NCBI GenBank assembly: GCA_038087875.1
Contig: JAXLNO010000364.1
Location: 124,001-188,000, forward strand
Origin: Malacoraja senta
Taxonomy: Eukaryota
Length of the DNA: 64,000 nt
Direction: 5' to 3'
Part shown: piece by piece, positions 61,190-64,000 of the stretch
Position numbering within the stretch: position 1 is the stretch's first letter
Layout of the letters: every line of letters starts with the position of its first letter
The notes under the pieces: generated by a model
What the model was told of the DNA's origin: nothing
What the model saw: only the letters and a program-made list of their open reading frames with translations
Database searches by the model: none
Made by a program: the position numbers and the translations under genes

Positions 61190-64000
61190 GGTCGACAGGT
61201 GAAGCGGCGAGTGCGGAGGATTGGCTGAGGGTAAGGTTAGAGAGTAAGGTCAGGTGAAAGAGGAACCGGTTTGAGAGAGGAGGTGAATACCGAATTAAAT
61301 GTGTTACCGCGAACTATAAGAAATAAAGTGGATGAGCTTGAGGTAAAGTTCAAAATTGGTGAGTATGATGTTGTGGGAATTACAGGCAAGCGGATCAGAA
61401 CTGGGAACTGAATATTCAGGGGTATACGTCCTATTGAAAATAAAGCCAGATGGGCAGAGGGGATGCGGTGGCCCTCGTTGGTAAGGCATGAAATTCAGGC
61501 ACTTGGGAGTGGAGACATAGAGTCAGAAGACGTAGAGTCATTGTGGATGTAACTGAGAAATTGAACAGTAGAAAGACCCTAGTCCGTGTTATCTACAGGC
61601 CCCCAAACAGTAGCCTGGAGATAGGGTGCAAGTTGCATCAGGAGTTAAAATTAACATATAACAAAGTTAATGCTACGGTGTTTATGGGAGATTTCATCAT
61701 GCAGGTGGACTAGGAAAATCACATAGGTACTAGACCCCAAGAAACGGACTTTGTAGTGTGTTTCCGAGATGGATTCTTAGAGCAGCTTGTACTGGAGCCT
61801 ACCAGGTAGCAGGAAAAACTGGATTTAATGTTATGTAATGAACCGGAATTGATAAGTGACCTCAAGGTAAAGGAACCATTAGGAGGTAGTGGCCATAGTA
61901 TGATAAGTTTCAAATTGCAATTTGTGATATCGGAATTTGTAATATCGGAAGTGTCAGTATTCGAGTTGAACAAAGAGGACTATTGAGGGAGGAGCTTGCC
62001 ATAGTTCACTGGAAAGGGACCCAAGAAGGGATGACCGTGGAACAGCAATGGCAGGTATATCTGAGAATAATCCAGAAGATGCAGGATCAATTCATTCCAA
62101 AGAGGAAGAAAGATTCTAATGGGAGTAAGAGGCGACCGTGGCTGACAAGCGAAATCATGGGGTTGGAGATTGCAGCCTTCACGTGGTCCACCGTGTTTCG
62201 ACTAATGCAATCAACCCGACGTGCACAAACAAGATCAAATAGAACAAGTTGGCCTACAACTTTAGGCTGTGCACGCCATACGCAAGAAGAAGAAGGGAAG
62301 TCAAGGACAGTATAAACATAAAAGAGAAGACGTATAACTCAATTCTGATTTGAGAATCAAGGGACAAACGTTTAGGGGCAACATGAGGGGGAACTTCTTT
62401 ACTCAGAGAGTGGTACCTGTGTGGAATGTGTTTCCAGTGGAAGTGGTGAATGCAGGTTCGTTTTTATCATTTAAAAATAAATTGGGAAGGTATATGGACG
62501 GGAAAGGAATATAGGGTTATGGTCTGTGTGCTTGTAGAGGGGACTCGGTGAGAGTAAGTGTTCGGGACGGACTAGAAGGGCCGAGATGGCATGTTTCCGT
62601 GCTGTAATTGTTATATTGTTATATGGTTATAACATAGCAAATATGAGCGGGAAGCCAGAGGATTGGGAAACTATTTAAAAAACACCATAAAGTAACTAAA
62701 AACCTTCCATCGGTAGATGAAGAAGGAAAAAAAATTAAGACAAATGTGGATCCCTTGAAGACAGAAACAGGTGGATTTATTATGGGGAACAATGAAAAGG
62801 GAAACGAGATGAACAGGTACTTTGGTTCAGTCTTCTCTACGGAAGTCAGAAACAATCTCTCAGATGTACTGGGGGACAGAGGACCTAGGTGATGGAGGAA
62901 CTGAAGGAAATTCACGTTAGTCATGAAATGGTGTTGGGTTCACTGGTGGGACTGAAGGCTCATACATCCCCAGGGTCTGATGGTCTGCATTCCAGGGTAC
63001 TCAAGGAGTTGGGTCTAGAAATCGTGGACGCCTTGGTGATAATGTTCCAGTGTTCTATAAATTATGAATCAGTTCCTGTGAATTGGAGGGCAGCTAATGT
63101 TATCACACTTTTCAAGAAAGGAGGGAGAGAGAAAGCAGGGCATTATAGACCAGTTAGCCTGACATCAGTGGTGGGGACGATGCTGGAGCCGTTTATTGGG
63201 GATTTAAGAATGGCGCATTTGGGTAGCAGTACCAGGATCGGTCCAAGTCAGCATGGATTTACGAAGGGGAAATGATACTTGACAAATCTTCGGGAATGTT
63301 TTTGAGGACGTAACAAGTAAAATGGACAAGGGAGAGCCAGTGGATGTAGGGATTAACGGGTCCCTTTCAGAATGGCAGGCAGTGACCAGTGGGGTAACGC
63401 AAGGTTCGGTGTTGGGACCGCAGCTATTTACAACGCATATTAATGATTTAGATGAAGGGATTACAAGTAACATTTGCAAATTTGAAGATGACACAAATCT
63501 GGGTGGAAGTGTGAACTGTGAGGAGGATGCTATGAGAATGCAGGGTGACTTGGACAGGTCGGGTGAGTGGGCAGATACACGGGAGTTTAATGTGGATAAT
63601 GTGAGGTTATACACTTTAGTAGAAAAAACGAGAATGCAGATTATTATCTAAATGATGTCAAGTTGGGAAAGCGGGAAGTACAACGGGATCTCGGGGTCCT
63701 TGTTCATCAGTCAATGAAAGTAAGTTTGCCATGCAGGTACAGCAGCCAGTGAAGAAAGCGAATGGCGTGTTGATCTTGATAACAATAGAATTGAGTACAG
63801 GAGCAAAGAGGTCCTTCTACAGTTGTACAGGGCCCTGGTGAGACCACACCTTTGTATTGTGTGCAATTTTAGTATCCCAATTTGAGGAAGGATATTCTAG
63901 CTTTTGAGGGAGTGCAGCGTAGGTTCACGACGTTAATACCCGGGATGGCGGGGCTGCCATCTGATGAAAGAATGGAACGACTGGGCTTGATTTCACTGGA
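61190..64000 (+). mobile_element. Decayed CR1 LINE, unit 5 copy (runs off the window)
   Basis: EN/RT remnants (ORFs 62889-63275 and 63322-63651) collinear with unit 1; ORF1 region deleted. Confidence 0.85.

Overview
Eukaryotic, repeat-rich vertebrate DNA. CR1/HER1-like LINEs and HE1/V-SINE-like elements suggest a shark, skate or ray (inference). The window is a head-to-tail tandem array of a ~12-14 kb unit. Each unit holds a decayed + strand CR1 LINE, SINE/LINE debris and one 5-exon alpha-tubulin gene on the - strand. There are four tubulin copies (start codons at 9804, 23447, 46376, 58339), and a fifth unit begins near 61.2 kb. The tubulins form a divergent 450-aa isotype: none encodes the C-terminal Tyr, the tail contains Arg, and copies 2-4 have Ser instead of the acetylatable Lys40. 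Copy 3 has an intact ORF with many radical substitutions. Copy 4 has lost its ATG and its TATA/CCAAT region. Unit 3 contains a 9.5 kb Gmr1-like Gypsy LTR element (PR-IN-RT-RH order) whose integrase is split by a young CR1 with an intact 1099-codon ORF2. All coordinates and counts were read by eye; no database searches were run.
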